DNA of 35,210 nt from a virus. The position numbers were made by a program, and so were the translations under genes. The notes under the pieces are model-generated. The model was not told where the DNA came from. It searched no databases and saw only the letters and a list, made by a program, of their open reading frames with translations. The DNA is taken from positions 1-35,210 of the IMG/VR virus record IMGVR_UViG_3300032285_002026; one strand, written 5' to 3'. This document shows positions 8,283 to 15,563 of the stretch, one piece after another. Within the stretch, counting starts at the first letter, position 1, and every line of letters begins with the position of its first letter.

Positions 8283-8780
8283 TTAGGGCTTCACTTGAAG
8301 GTTTTCATGGTCAGCTATATAACTCGCCGCCTTGGGTCCTGTCAAGTTTCCTGCGTCTCTAGGGTTCATTCCGACCGATTCTCCCATCACGGACCGTACA
8401 GCCCCGCCTTTTAAGAGGTTGCCCATGCTATATCGGCTATCCCCGCCCCAAATGGCTGCGTCACCCGGTCTAGCCTCTCTTGGACGCTGTTCTGCCTCTC
8501 TAGCTTCCTTCTCAAGCTGCTTTTTGGATGTTTTGTTCTTTCTGGTAAAGAATCCAGACTGATTCTCGCCTTCACGGGTGGATTTGATGTTTGTCATGTC
8601 AAAATCCATCGCTAACTGCTTAATTGTCTTGTCGTTCTTCTTTGTACCGTCCGATACTAGCCCAACAGCCTGTAAATAGACTATTGCTACCTCATCAACG
8701 CAGTCTTTCATCGGACATTGCGCTTTTCTGCTTTCAAAGTAGCCGTGTCTTGGGCATTTGTAATCATGTAGAACTGCCAT
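8283..8780 (-). CDS. Hypothetical protein with an N-terminal Cys/His cluster (Zn-ribbon-like)
   Basis: I chose the ATG at 8780 (MAVLHDYKCPRHGYFESRKAQCPMKDC), which has AAGGGGA 5 nt upstream. The track start at 8795 is a TTG. Confidence 0.6.
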   Translation of the reverse strand: MAVLHDYKCPRHGYFESRKAQCPMKDCVDEVAIVYLQAVGLVSDGTKKNDKTIKQLAMDFDMTNIKSTREGENQSGFFTRKNKTSKKQLEKEAREAEQRPREARPGDAAIWGGDSRYSMGNLLKGGAVRSVMGESVGMNPRDAGNLTGPKAASYIADHENLQVKP

Positions 8781-9171
8781 TGTTATCCCCTTCAAATAAT
8801 GGTGGTTGCGAATAATCGTCTATATTCCTCATACCCAATCTAATCCCTATCTTGCCATTAATCATCTGTAGGCCAGTAGTGGGTAGTATTCTAGGTTTAG
8901 CTTCCCTGCGGTATTCAATGTATTTGCTACGGTTACGCAATTGCATGATAGCTACCTCGCCACGTTGCCATGCTTTGTAGCCTTTATCGACTCTGCGCTG
9001 GATATACTCGGTTAATGGTTCTGAGCGATACCAAAAGACGTCTAGCAGGTGGGCTTTGTTGACCCCACACAAGTCAGCAAAGAGTTTCATGGAGATACCG
9101 CGCTCCTTATCCCGTATGAACCGACGCATTTGCGTCATCAGTTCTTTCTTGGTTAAGATGTTAGTTACCAT
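8764..9171 (-). CDS. Helix-turn-helix-containing protein (DNA-binding; a small-terminase-like role cannot be excluded)
   Basis: 135 aa. The segment ISMKLFADLCGVNKAHLLDV looks like an HTH. It overlaps the terL stop by 11 nt. Confidence 0.5.
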   Translation of the reverse strand: MVTNILTKKELMTQMRRFIRDKERGISMKLFADLCGVNKAHLLDVFWYRSEPLTEYIQRRVDKGYKAWQRGEVAIMQLRNRSKYIEYRREAKPRILPTTGLQMINGKIGIRLGMRNIDDYSQPPLFEGDNNGSST

Positions 9172-10921
9172 ACACGCCGATAGCTTTCAAATAATTTGAT
9201 ACGCCTTTGCCTACAGACAGTTGCTCCGGGGTTTTTTGTTCTAGCTCTCTGGATACTTTACGGCTTAGTTTGCGCTGAATTAACTGGGGTTGAACTTGCT
9301 CCGAGTAAGCAGCGCACGCCAAGGCCATCGCCATTACTCTGTCATCCTTATTGCGACCAGAAGCCTCGATAGATGCGCCATCACGGATGATGGTCTTCAT
9401 CTCCTCAATCGTATCAACGGAATAAACATCTAGCATTTGGCGTTCAAACAAGTCTTTGGTGTAACTCATCATTCGCTCTTTAGTTGCTGCCGTTGTTAGC
9501 CATCCTAATGAGTTAGAAATGCCGCCCATCGTGTCATTACGCCGCCAGATGTAATTTGACATCGAACCATATACATCCATCAGACTCTTGCCCATAGCGT
9601 TACCCATGCTGGCAGCTTGACGGCGCAAGTTCTTAATCTCATTTAGCACAGCCTGTCCCGGCCCGTTAACCTCCAGATTAAGCGTCGAGTTCTTGTAGGC
9701 TCCTGCCAAGTGAGAAATAACCCATGCAAACTGGTACGTATTAAGTTCTGAAGTGGCAAACTCAGCGACCTGCTCCATTCCGTCCGAATAGCAGCGGAAG
9801 ACTTGAATACAAAACCTATCAGCCCAATCAGAAGAACCATAAGCAGGGTCTGCACCGATAACGTAGTAAGCGGTATCAATGGGTTCCTCCCAAACTTTTA
9901 GTGTTGACAAACGCTCAGTAGACTTTAGCACTTCAGTGTCTTGGAAGTTCACACCCATCGCATAGCGGTAATGGTCGCATAGAATCTTCTTTGCAATCTT
10001 CATGGCATCAGTACACCGCGAGTTAGAAAAGAAGGATGTGCCCGTCATGACGAACGCATAGTCTTCGGTCGGCGGGAACTCTTGATACATTAAGGAATCG
10101 TCTTTGATTCCTTCAAGCATCTTCCAACGCCACCACGCCATCTGGCGCGAGTTAATCTCAAAGTTGTAGAGTTTCTTAATATCTCGAGTCCACTCTTTTT
10201 CTTCTGGCGTTAGTTTGCCGTCCCAATAAACTTTGTAGACATCAGTGTCAGGGGCCGCAGAATAAAACTCATTGCGCCACCAGCCGCAGAAGATAGCCTT
10301 CTGAGTTCTAGCGCGTTTAGCGGTGACATACATATCGTGAAACATATTAAAGCCGCGAGCAGTGGACTCGAATATGTAGAGACGTTTAGGGTTGGTTTCT
10401 GCAAGCGAGGCCAGCAAGGATGCTAGTCCTTCTTCATCGCCCCACGAAGACGTCTCTGTGCCGTGAAGGAATGTGATGCCCTTGCCACGACCAAGACTTC
10501 CTTTCGCTCTAAGCCCTGCGACTTGATAAAAGATACGGCTGCGGTTCTTGAGGGCCAGTGAGTTTCGATTGTGTGCAAGTATGGGTATCTTGTACTCTTT
10601 TGGCAGACCTTCCATATAACTGCCGAGCGTGCCTCTAAACATGTCTCGGTTTTCTTCTGTGTCTGTAACAAGTGTTCCATTTAACCCCGCATTAATGTAG
10701 TGCCAGTAAAGGTCTAAGGCTAGGCTGATAGTAGTAATACCTAACTGACGGCCTTTCAAGATGACAAAGAAATGGACACCGCTTTCCAAGCCACTAGCAA
10801 TCTCATCCATGACATAGGTCTGAGTTCCTAGAAGGTTGTCCATCTTGCGTAAGCCCTGCTCTTTGGTTTCAATCTTTAACTCAGAGCAGAACTGATAAAA
10901 CTGTTTGAGATTGAACTTCAT
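9161..10921 (-). CDS. terL: Terminase large subunit
   Basis: 586 aa. Walker A-like VILKGRQLGITT and Walker B-like RLYIFEST are present, with a C-terminal nuclease-sized domain. It lies upstream of the portal gene. Confidence 0.85.
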   Translation of the reverse strand: MKFNLKQFYQFCSELKIETKEQGLRKMDNLLGTQTYVMDEIASGLESGVHFFVILKGRQLGITTISLALDLYWHYINAGLNGTLVTDTEENRDMFRGTLGSYMEGLPKEYKIPILAHNRNSLALKNRSRIFYQVAGLRAKGSLGRGKGITFLHGTETSSWGDEEGLASLLASLAETNPKRLYIFESTARGFNMFHDMYVTAKRARTQKAIFCGWWRNEFYSAAPDTDVYKVYWDGKLTPEEKEWTRDIKKLYNFEINSRQMAWWRWKMLEGIKDDSLMYQEFPPTEDYAFVMTGTSFFSNSRCTDAMKIAKKILCDHYRYAMGVNFQDTEVLKSTERLSTLKVWEEPIDTAYYVIGADPAYGSSDWADRFCIQVFRCYSDGMEQVAEFATSELNTYQFAWVISHLAGAYKNSTLNLEVNGPGQAVLNEIKNLRRQAASMGNAMGKSLMDVYGSMSNYIWRRNDTMGGISNSLGWLTTAATKERMMSYTKDLFERQMLDVYSVDTIEEMKTIIRDGASIEASGRNKDDRVMAMALACAAYSEQVQPQLIQRKLSRKVSRELEQKTPEQLSVGKGVSNYLKAIGVYGN

Positions 10922-11184
10922 TTAAACTTTCGTCGTTCAGTGCTGAACTGCTGTAAGTTCCAGTTAGCTATTCTGTGCCGCGCATCCTTGTCTTTAGCGA
11001 CACGAAGCAACTCCTCAACTATCTCGGGCTTGTAAACATCTCTCCAGACGGCTAACAGCTTACGCTTGTCCTCCGCTGTAATAGCTTTCGTAGCCCGCAG
11101 CATCTCATTTTTTAAGATGGTACGGGAGAGCAGAAGTTCTTCTGCGTACTTGTCAGTTGATGGTGCTGAGTCGCTCAAGAGCAT
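10918..11184 (-). CDS. Hypothetical 88-aa protein coupled to terL (ATGA overlap)
   Basis: The stop overlaps the terL ATG. The composition is helical and basic. The SD is weak. Confidence 0.5.
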   Translation of the reverse strand: MLLSDSAPSTDKYAEELLLSRTILKNEMLRATKAITAEDKRKLLAVWRDVYKPEIVEELLRVAKDKDARHRIANWNLQQFSTERRKFK

Positions 11185-11359
11185 CTTTCAGTCTTGCTAC
11201 CTCATCGGTCGCATCCCGCAGCAACTTAGCTGACTCGGTATGAACACGCATAAGCTCATGAAATAGCTCGGCATGGCTCATCGTGTAAACCTTCTCCATG
11301 TAGGCTTTTTTCACATCCTCCATTGCTAGAGGCATCATGGTTTGAATTGTTTCTGTCAT
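11153..11359 (-). CDS. Hypothetical 68-aa helical protein
   Basis: ORF with a 4-nt overlap to the upstream gene and a 32-nt overlap to the downstream gene. Confidence 0.5.
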   Translation of the reverse strand: MTETIQTMMPLAMEDVKKAYMEKVYTMSHAELFHELMRVHTESAKLLRDATDEVARLKDALERLSTIN

Positions 11360-11952
11360 AGCAGTAACTCCGTTAGGTTTTGTGAATCTCCGATAACCCC
11401 TTCTAAGAAGGTGTTGAATGCAATACTGATGCGGGTATCTTCTGTCTGAACCGTCTCAACCATATGAGTTAGATTTGACGGGAATAAGACAACCTTGCCT
11501 GTCTCTACTGGAAACCACCAGCTTTCGCTGTTCCAGTGATTCCACGACTCCGTCGTGACCTTCAGTTGTTGATACCCATCTTTATAGAAATAAATCCTGT
11601 CTCTTGACGGCATAGCAGAGACGTAGAAGACACCAGAGATAAAGCTGTTAGGGTGAGCATGCTTGTGATGGTACTGACCCTTGTTCGTATAGTTAGCCCA
11701 TGACTGTGTAACGTAAGGTTTAACCTTATGCTTTGGGGCATAGACTGCTTGAAAATACTCTTGCACACATTTGTCTACAAAAGAAGCAATGCGCTTCATT
11801 TCTTTGGATTTAAATAGGTAGCTATCTGCGCTAGAGGTGTTGCCGTCATTAGCCCGAGTCTCCAAGTCTTTAATGAACTGGAGTTCTTTCTCAGTGACTG
11901 GCTTATCTAGTTCGTAGAAGCCTACAGGTGTCGGGAACAAGTTCTCAATCAT
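11356..11952 (-). CDS. 2OG-Fe(II) oxygenase-like protein (TIGR02466 / 2OG-FeII_Oxy_5-type, as seen in marine phages)
   Basis: N-terminal LFPTPVG, HKHAHPNSFISGVFYV and VLFPSNLTHMVE resemble that family's signature as I remember it. Confidence 0.65.
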   Translation of the reverse strand: MIENLFPTPVGFYELDKPVTEKELQFIKDLETRANDGNTSSADSYLFKSKEMKRIASFVDKCVQEYFQAVYAPKHKVKPYVTQSWANYTNKGQYHHKHAHPNSFISGVFYVSAMPSRDRIYFYKDGYQQLKVTTESWNHWNSESWWFPVETGKVVLFPSNLTHMVETVQTEDTRISIAFNTFLEGVIGDSQNLTELLL

Positions 11953-12121
11953 CTTGTGGTTCCGGTGTTAAGTACGTTCTTAAAACAAAGCAAGCACGCC
12001 TAATCTTGGCTTCTTCCTCGTTCTCTATTAAATCGTTTAGTCGCCAAACTAGGTACTGGTCTAAGACGTCTACAAAGAGGCTCTCGTCAAAGAACTCTAG
12101 TTTCTTTACGCCGTTCTCCAT
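11945..12121 (-). CDS. 58-aa acidic hypothetical protein (not in the ORF track)
   Basis: GGAAGGAG sits 7 nt upstream of ATG 12121. I translated it by hand: MENGVKKLEFFDESLFVDVLDQYLVWRLNDLIENEEEAKIRRACFVLRTYLTPEPQDD. Its stop overlaps the start of 11952 (ATGATTGA). Confidence 0.6.
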   Translation of the reverse strand: MENGVKKLEFFDESLFVDVLDQYLVWRLNDLIENEEEAKIRRACFVLRTYLTPEPQDD

Positions 12122-12309
12122 ACACGCACTCCTTCCACTTCTTTCCTCGCTATGAACTGCATCCCTAACCGCTTGGATGCCCTATAATTGGCATTGCATA
12201 CCACTTGTAACTTCCCACTGTCTACAAAGAAGCTATCCCCGATGTCCATTTCTTTGTAGGGATACCTTTTCTTGCCTTCAGGTAACGGCACTGACTTTTC
12301 AACTAACAT
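12106..12309 (-). CDS. Hypothetical 67-aa protein
   Basis: ORF packed between a glycosyltransferase and the 58-aa ORF. It contains YPYKEMDIGDSFFV. Confidence 0.6.
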   Translation of the reverse strand: MLVEKSVPLPEGKKRYPYKEMDIGDSFFVDSGKLQVVCNANYRASKRLGMQFIARKEVEGVRVWRTA

Positions 12310-12318
12310 TTCATCCCC

Positions 12319-12972
12319 TCAAATAACACCGGGACGCACACCGTCCATTTTCTGCTTCCATACGGGTTTGCCGTCAGGAAAGAGATTCAACATATTCTTT
12401 GCATTAGCTACCTTGTCTTCAATACTCATGTTGTAGAAATGAACTATCCAATCCCCAAGCTGCCATTTGGTTGGATGCTGGTTCATGGTTTTGGCAGGAA
12501 CTAACCTCACCATATCCCGTACCCACTTCTCCTCTTGTATCAAGTTCCACAAGTGAGCTTGCTGACGCCACGGGTATTGTTTCCAGACCTCAAAGTCATT
12601 CATCATTCGTTCTAACAACTTCTCACACCGACCAGCCCTATAAATCATCACATCGTTATTCATAGGCCACCAGCCCGTTTCTTCTCTGGCTATCAGAACA
12701 TTGTCATACGGCTCAAAGACGTCCCTCACACTGATGTCATGATTCATGAACAGGGTGTCCATGCCAATCGTCATAACAACGTCGTACTCAGCAAGGTTAG
12801 CCTTTAAGCCCATCATGTCTATCAAGGTGACCTTGTTGTAGTTCTGATAGTCCAACTCAGAAGCCACATAGTCATAGCCCCACCGCTTGCAGTAAGCCAG
12901 ATGGTTCGGAGAACAGATGTCATACAGCTCCCTAATCTTCTCTGACCAATTAGACCTAATCAATACTCTCAT
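12319..12972 (-). CDS. Nucleotide-diphospho-sugar glycosyltransferase-like protein (GMA12/MNN10- or DUF273-like)
   Basis: 217 aa. SPNHLAYCKRWGYDY and MTIGMDTLFMN (D-x-x acidic motif) are present. GAGGGGA sits 5 nt upstream of the ATG. It is the first gene of the leftward arm. Confidence 0.55.
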   Translation of the reverse strand: MRVLIRSNWSEKIRELYDICSPNHLAYCKRWGYDYVASELDYQNYNKVTLIDMMGLKANLAEYDVVMTIGMDTLFMNHDISVRDVFEPYDNVLIAREETGWWPMNNDVMIYRAGRCEKLLERMMNDFEVWKQYPWRQQAHLWNLIQEEKWVRDMVRLVPAKTMNQHPTKWQLGDWIVHFYNMSIEDKVANAKNMLNLFPDGKPVWKQKMDGVRPGVI

Positions 12973-13008
12973 CTTTATCCCCTCTAATCAATATACACAC
13001 TATAGACG

Positions 13009-13037
13009 AAAAAAAGGGACCCCACAAGGGAGGTCCC
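13009..13037 (-). terminator. Intrinsic terminator on the minus strand, 36 nt upstream of the first late-arm gene
   Basis: The minus strand reads GGGACC-TCCCTTGTGG-GGTCCC followed by TTTTTTT (plus-strand A-run 13009..13015). Confidence 0.6.
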
Positions 13038-13422
13038 AAATGACTACGCCAAGCGAGAAAGAATGCGTAGCCAACACAGAAGGAAATCAAAAACAAGATT
13101 ACCAGAACTACGGAAAAACACATATTTTTTTTGGGGTGGAAGATGAAAGGGGCACGCACCCACAGACCCCCGAACCCACAGCAGTTGCCAGCAGAGCGCG
13201 TGTCATCGCATCGAATCAGTCCAACCCTACCCAAAGGACAAACCAGGCTGTGCAGGCTGCCTGTCATCACCAGGCTGCAGGTATGCAAGCTGATGCAGTA
13301 CCCCGTAGGCAATTGTTAAATCTAAGAGGGGTGGGAGTTAACAATCACATGACATACCCGCTTAAATAAGTGGCAGTGACTATTATATTTATTACAGTAC
13401 ACTTATATTATATAGTTATGAT
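13038..13422 (-). ncRNA. Candidate ~380-nt untranslated leader or ncRNA between the leftward promoter and the terminator
   Basis: It is GC-richer than the flanks. It has several hairpins (TTGTTAA/TTAACAA at 13313..13344, CTGCA/TGCAG at 13275..13297, GGGTG/CACCC at 13134..13161). No convincing ORF is present. It is bounded by a promoter and a terminator. Confidence 0.3.
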
Positions 13423-13447
13423 GTTCTTATTATATAGTTATGATGTT
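13406..13447. repeat. Tandem 20-nt direct repeat (TATTATATAGTTATGATGTT x2, period 22)
   Basis: 13406..13425 and 13428..13447 are identical. Each copy carries a minus-strand TATAAT. Confidence 0.8.
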
Positions 13448-13456
13448 ATATGTTAA
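13429..13456 (-). promoter_or_regulatory. sigma70-like leftward promoter
   Basis: The minus strand reads TTAACA (13456..13451), a 16-nt spacer, then TATAAT (13434..13429). Two more minus-strand TATAAT boxes lie at 13412..13407 and 13387..13382. Confidence 0.5.
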
Positions 13457-13504
13457 TACTATTGTATATAGTAAATCAATAGAAAAATACAATATATTAT
13501 TCCC

Positions 13505-13532
13505 TTGACCTAATCGTATTAACCTATATAAT
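13505..13532 (+). promoter_or_regulatory. Rightward early promoter P1 (sigma70 consensus-like)
   Basis: TTGACC, a 16-nt spacer, then TATAAT. It shares the core ATTAACCTATATA with P2 at 15525. Confidence 0.65.
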
Positions 13533-13552
13533 AGCACTCAGCAGCACAGAAA

Positions 13553-13561
13553 TTCCTAACC
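13553..13561 (+). promoter_or_regulatory. TTCCTAACC 5'-UTR element
   Basis: It lies 15 nt before ATG 13577 and just 5' of the GGAGA SD. Confidence 0.4.
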
Positions 13562-13576
13562 TTTCGGAGAAATCAA

Positions 13577-13729
13577 ATGAGAAAACTTACAGCAGCAGTT
13601 CTAGTTCCAGCCTTAAAATTAACTGGCTTTCGTTTCAGCAAATCATACCGCCACGGTGAGACAAAGTTTCACGCTACTGTTTACCGCTTAGTTGATACGG
13701 TTCAAGCTAATCGCTGGGCTGGTATCTAA
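13577..13729 (+). CDS. 50-aa early protein (not in the ORF track)
   Basis: GGAGA sits 6 nt upstream. The sequence is MRKLTAAVLVPALKLTGFRFSKSYRHGETKFHATVYRLVDTVQANRWAGI. Confidence 0.55.
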   Translation: MRKLTAAVLVPALKLTGFRFSKSYRHGETKFHATVYRLVDTVQANRWAGI

Positions 13730-13760
13730 TCAAACCGTCTGCCAGTACGTTAACTGGCAT

Positions 13761-13779
13761 TTCCTAACCTTTTCCTAAC
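13761..13779 (+). promoter_or_regulatory. Two adjacent TTCCTAAC(C) elements
   Basis: TTCCTAACC at 13761..13769 and TTCCTAAC at 13772..13779. They lie 12 nt before GTG 13792 and 5' of the AAGGGG SD. Confidence 0.4.
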
Positions 13780-13791
13780 AAGGGGTTTATT

Positions 13792-14442
13792 GTGCAAACT
13801 ATTCTATTTGCAGTACCGCCGTCGAAATTATCTAAAAAGCTTGCCAGCGATATTGCAGGCTCACTTGGAAAACCTAGCAAAATGCCGGGCTTGTCCTACG
13901 GTATATCTGCAAAACTCTGCAATGTTGGTTCACAACTTGCCAAAATACCCGGTTCAGTTTGTCATGGGTGCTATGCATTGAAGGCCAACTATCAATACCC
14001 TAGCGTTACACAAGCTCATCAAAAGCGATTTAACGGGCTTTCGTCGATTAGTTGGGTTGATTCTATGGTCAAGCTCATTACAAGCTCAAAAGAGACTTAT
14101 TTTAGGTGGCATGATGCCGGTGACTTGCAATCTTTCCAGCACTTGCTAGATATTGCCCGTATTGCCGATAGATTGCCTGATGTCAATTTCTGGCTACCAA
14201 CAAAAGAGAAAAAGCTCGTTTATCAATTTCAAGAGCTTTTCGGTGACTTCCCTAAAAACTTATGCGTACGTTTATCCGGTGCAATGGTCGACGGTAAAGC
14301 CCCGGCATATGCTGGCAATACGTCAACTGTTGTCAGTACCGTAAGCTTTACTTGCAAAGCACCAGAACAAGAAAATCAATGCAAAGATTGCCGGGATTGT
14401 TGGAACCGGAAAATTAAGAATGTTGCTTACAAAATTCATTGA
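13792..14442 (+). CDS. Cys-rich conserved early phage protein (resembles the GP88-type family as I remember it)
   Basis: GTG start with AAGGGG upstream. 216 aa. Contains SKMPGLSYG, CHGCYA, RWHDAGD and CKDCRDCW motifs. Confidence 0.6.
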   Translation: MQTILFAVPPSKLSKKLASDIAGSLGKPSKMPGLSYGISAKLCNVGSQLAKIPGSVCHGCYALKANYQYPSVTQAHQKRFNGLSSISWVDSMVKLITSSKETYFRWHDAGDLQSFQHLLDIARIADRLPDVNFWLPTKEKKLVYQFQELFGDFPKNLCVRLSGAMVDGKAPAYAGNTSTVVSTVSFTCKAPEQENQCKDCRDCWNRKIKNVAYKIH

Positions 14443-14455
14443 TAAGGGGTTGACA

Positions 14456-14542
14456 ATGCCAGAATCACTATTTGAAGTAGTAGCCGGTCTAATCGGCTTT
14501 GCTCTGTTTTATCTATTCTTTGTTGTTCTGCTTTCTTTTTAA
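14456..14542 (+). CDS. 28-aa hydrophobic (single-TM) peptide
   Basis: AAGGGG sits 6 nt upstream. The sequence is MPESLFEVVAGLIGFALFYLFFVVLLSF. Confidence 0.45.
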   Translation: MPESLFEVVAGLIGFALFYLFFVVLLSF

Positions 14543-14554
14543 TCGGGGGTAATT

Positions 14555-14749
14555 ATGACTTGTGCATTTTCTGGAATAGAACGTAATCCTTTTCTGACTT
14601 ATGAGGGAAACCCAATTCGCATTGAAATTGGAGACTATGATTTATGGCGAATTGTCTACGATGACGGAACTATCTCTGCAATGTTTTATGAACGAAGTGA
14701 CGCCGTTAAATACTTGCAAGAACGAAACCAAACAATACGGGGGCAATAA
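14555..14749 (+). CDS. Hypothetical early protein
   Basis: 64 aa. GGGGG SD lies upstream. Its stop overlaps the next start (TAATG). Confidence 0.6.
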   Translation: MTCAFSGIERNPFLTYEGNPIRIEIGDYDLWRIVYDDGTISAMFYERSDAVKYLQERNQTIRGQ

Positions 14750-14994
14750 TGGGTAAAGTTAAACAATCATTAATAGTTGAGCAAGAAAACATAGACCTTG
14801 ATTTCAGGCCTTTTAAGCCCGTCGAAAGGTTATCTGATGTCGAAGTATCAGCGGCCTATTTAAAGCCAGCCACGGGTCTATTAGACGGTCGAGAATGGAC
14901 ACCTAGTAGTCAAACTGATGTCACTAAGACTTGGCGTCGATTTGGTTGGCGTCCTATTGCTGAAATTGCAGCAGAATCCGAGTCTAAAAAATGA
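14749..14994 (+). CDS. Hypothetical early protein
   Basis: 81 aa. It is translationally coupled on both sides. Confidence 0.6.
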   Translation: MGKVKQSLIVEQENIDLDFRPFKPVERLSDVEVSAAYLKPATGLLDGREWTPSSQTDVTKTWRRFGWRPIAEIAAESESKK

Positions 14995-15104
14995 TTGCTA
15001 GTCTATTCACAATTTTATGTGCGGGTATATTTATGGGCATGGGCGTAATGCTTTTGACGATAGTTGCATGGATTCTGTGGACTTTTTTAACGCCAGAGGA
15101 TTGA
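14991..15104 (+). CDS. 37-aa hydrophobic (TM) peptide
   Basis: ATGA overlap with the upstream stop. The sequence is MIASLFTILCAGIFMGMGVMLLTIVAWILWTFLTPED. Confidence 0.45.
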   Translation: MIASLFTILCAGIFMGMGVMLLTIVAWILWTFLTPED

Positions 15105-15163
15105 CAAAATCCCCCACGCGCATGTAGATTCGCAACTGTTGACGTGAAGGTCGATAAGTAGAA

Positions 15164-15239
15164 GCCAGTTACACATGAGTCTGTCTCCCCGCCGATTTAG
15201 GGGAACCTTCACCGGACTCAGTTGTAACTGGCTTTTTTT
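15164..15239 (+). terminator. Intrinsic terminator with an unusually long, branched 69-nt stem
   Basis: A 10-bp outer stem GCCAGTTACA/TGTAACTGGC encloses GAGTC/GACTC and CCCC/GGGG helices. It is followed by T7 (15233..15239). Confidence 0.65.
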
Positions 15240-15524
15240 ATTGACCAAAGCGTTGACCGTACTGGTCGCGTTAGCAATGGGCTTGAATGGGCTGCTACCA
15301 AGAAAACACCGCATACCGGAGACACCCACGGTGTGTGACAGAACTTGGTTAGGGTATCTGTAAAGTCTATGGCAGGTGGCAATGACAAGACATAGACATA
15401 AGCCAACTAACCCGTCACGCGCACTTGGTACTGGTTTTGTAGCCTTAAATCAGTATGGAGAGGAGGCCGGTATAGGCCACCCTTGGCAGGTTATCGACTA
15501 AAGAAAGTGAGGTGAAAAAAGATA

Positions 15525-15553
15525 TTGAACATAATGGAATTAACCTATATAGT
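15525..15553 (+). promoter_or_regulatory. Rightward promoter P2
   Basis: TTGAAC, a 17-nt spacer, then TATAGT. The spacer and -10 core ATTAACCTATATA is identical to P1. Confidence 0.6.
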
Positions 15554-15563
15554 CCTACTGTAT

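Noticed and set aside
9643-10680. Internal minus-strand ORFs inside terL (9643..9879, 10210..10404, 10423..10680), and similar ORFs on either strand inside the portal, capsid and internal-protein genes
   Set aside because: They lie wholly within longer, well-supported genes, either in other frames or on the opposite strand. They have no independent signals.
13125-13132. T8 run on the plus strand as a terminator
   Set aside because: No stable hairpin lies immediately upstream on the plus strand.
12956-13312. Minus-strand 118-aa ORF spanning the leader, the terminator and the start of the glycosyltransferase gene
   Set aside because: It runs through the terminator and overlaps the next gene's SD and start out of frame. 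The sequence is Cys-rich and implausible. No SD is present.
13040-13369. Plus-strand ORF (109 aa from ATG 13040) with an excellent SD (AGGGAGG, 6-nt spacing)
   Set aside because: The SD is simply one arm and the loop of the minus-strand terminator hairpin. I found no rightward promoter upstream. The product is Q/T/P/A-rich with no hydrophobic core. I kept it as a low-probability alternative, and conservation of the frame in relatives would revive it.
13406-13447. Possible mini-CRISPR array
   Set aside because: There are only two 20-nt copies separated by 2 nt, so there are no spacers. Each copy carries a -10 box, which points to a promoter or operator repeat.
15164-15232. Possible tRNA (69 nt with a 7-bp acceptor-like stem)
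   Set aside because: I tried a cloverleaf. No T-arm (the TCACC/GTTGT pairing fails), D-arm or anticodon arm can be formed. It folds as one long branched hairpin followed by T7, which makes it a terminator.
15087-15406. Three mutually overlapping 60-80-aa ORFs (15087..15329 -, 15175..15363 +, 15218..15406 -)
   Set aside because: They overlap each other and the terminator structure. They lack SDs and have odd compositions. I treat the region as non-coding.
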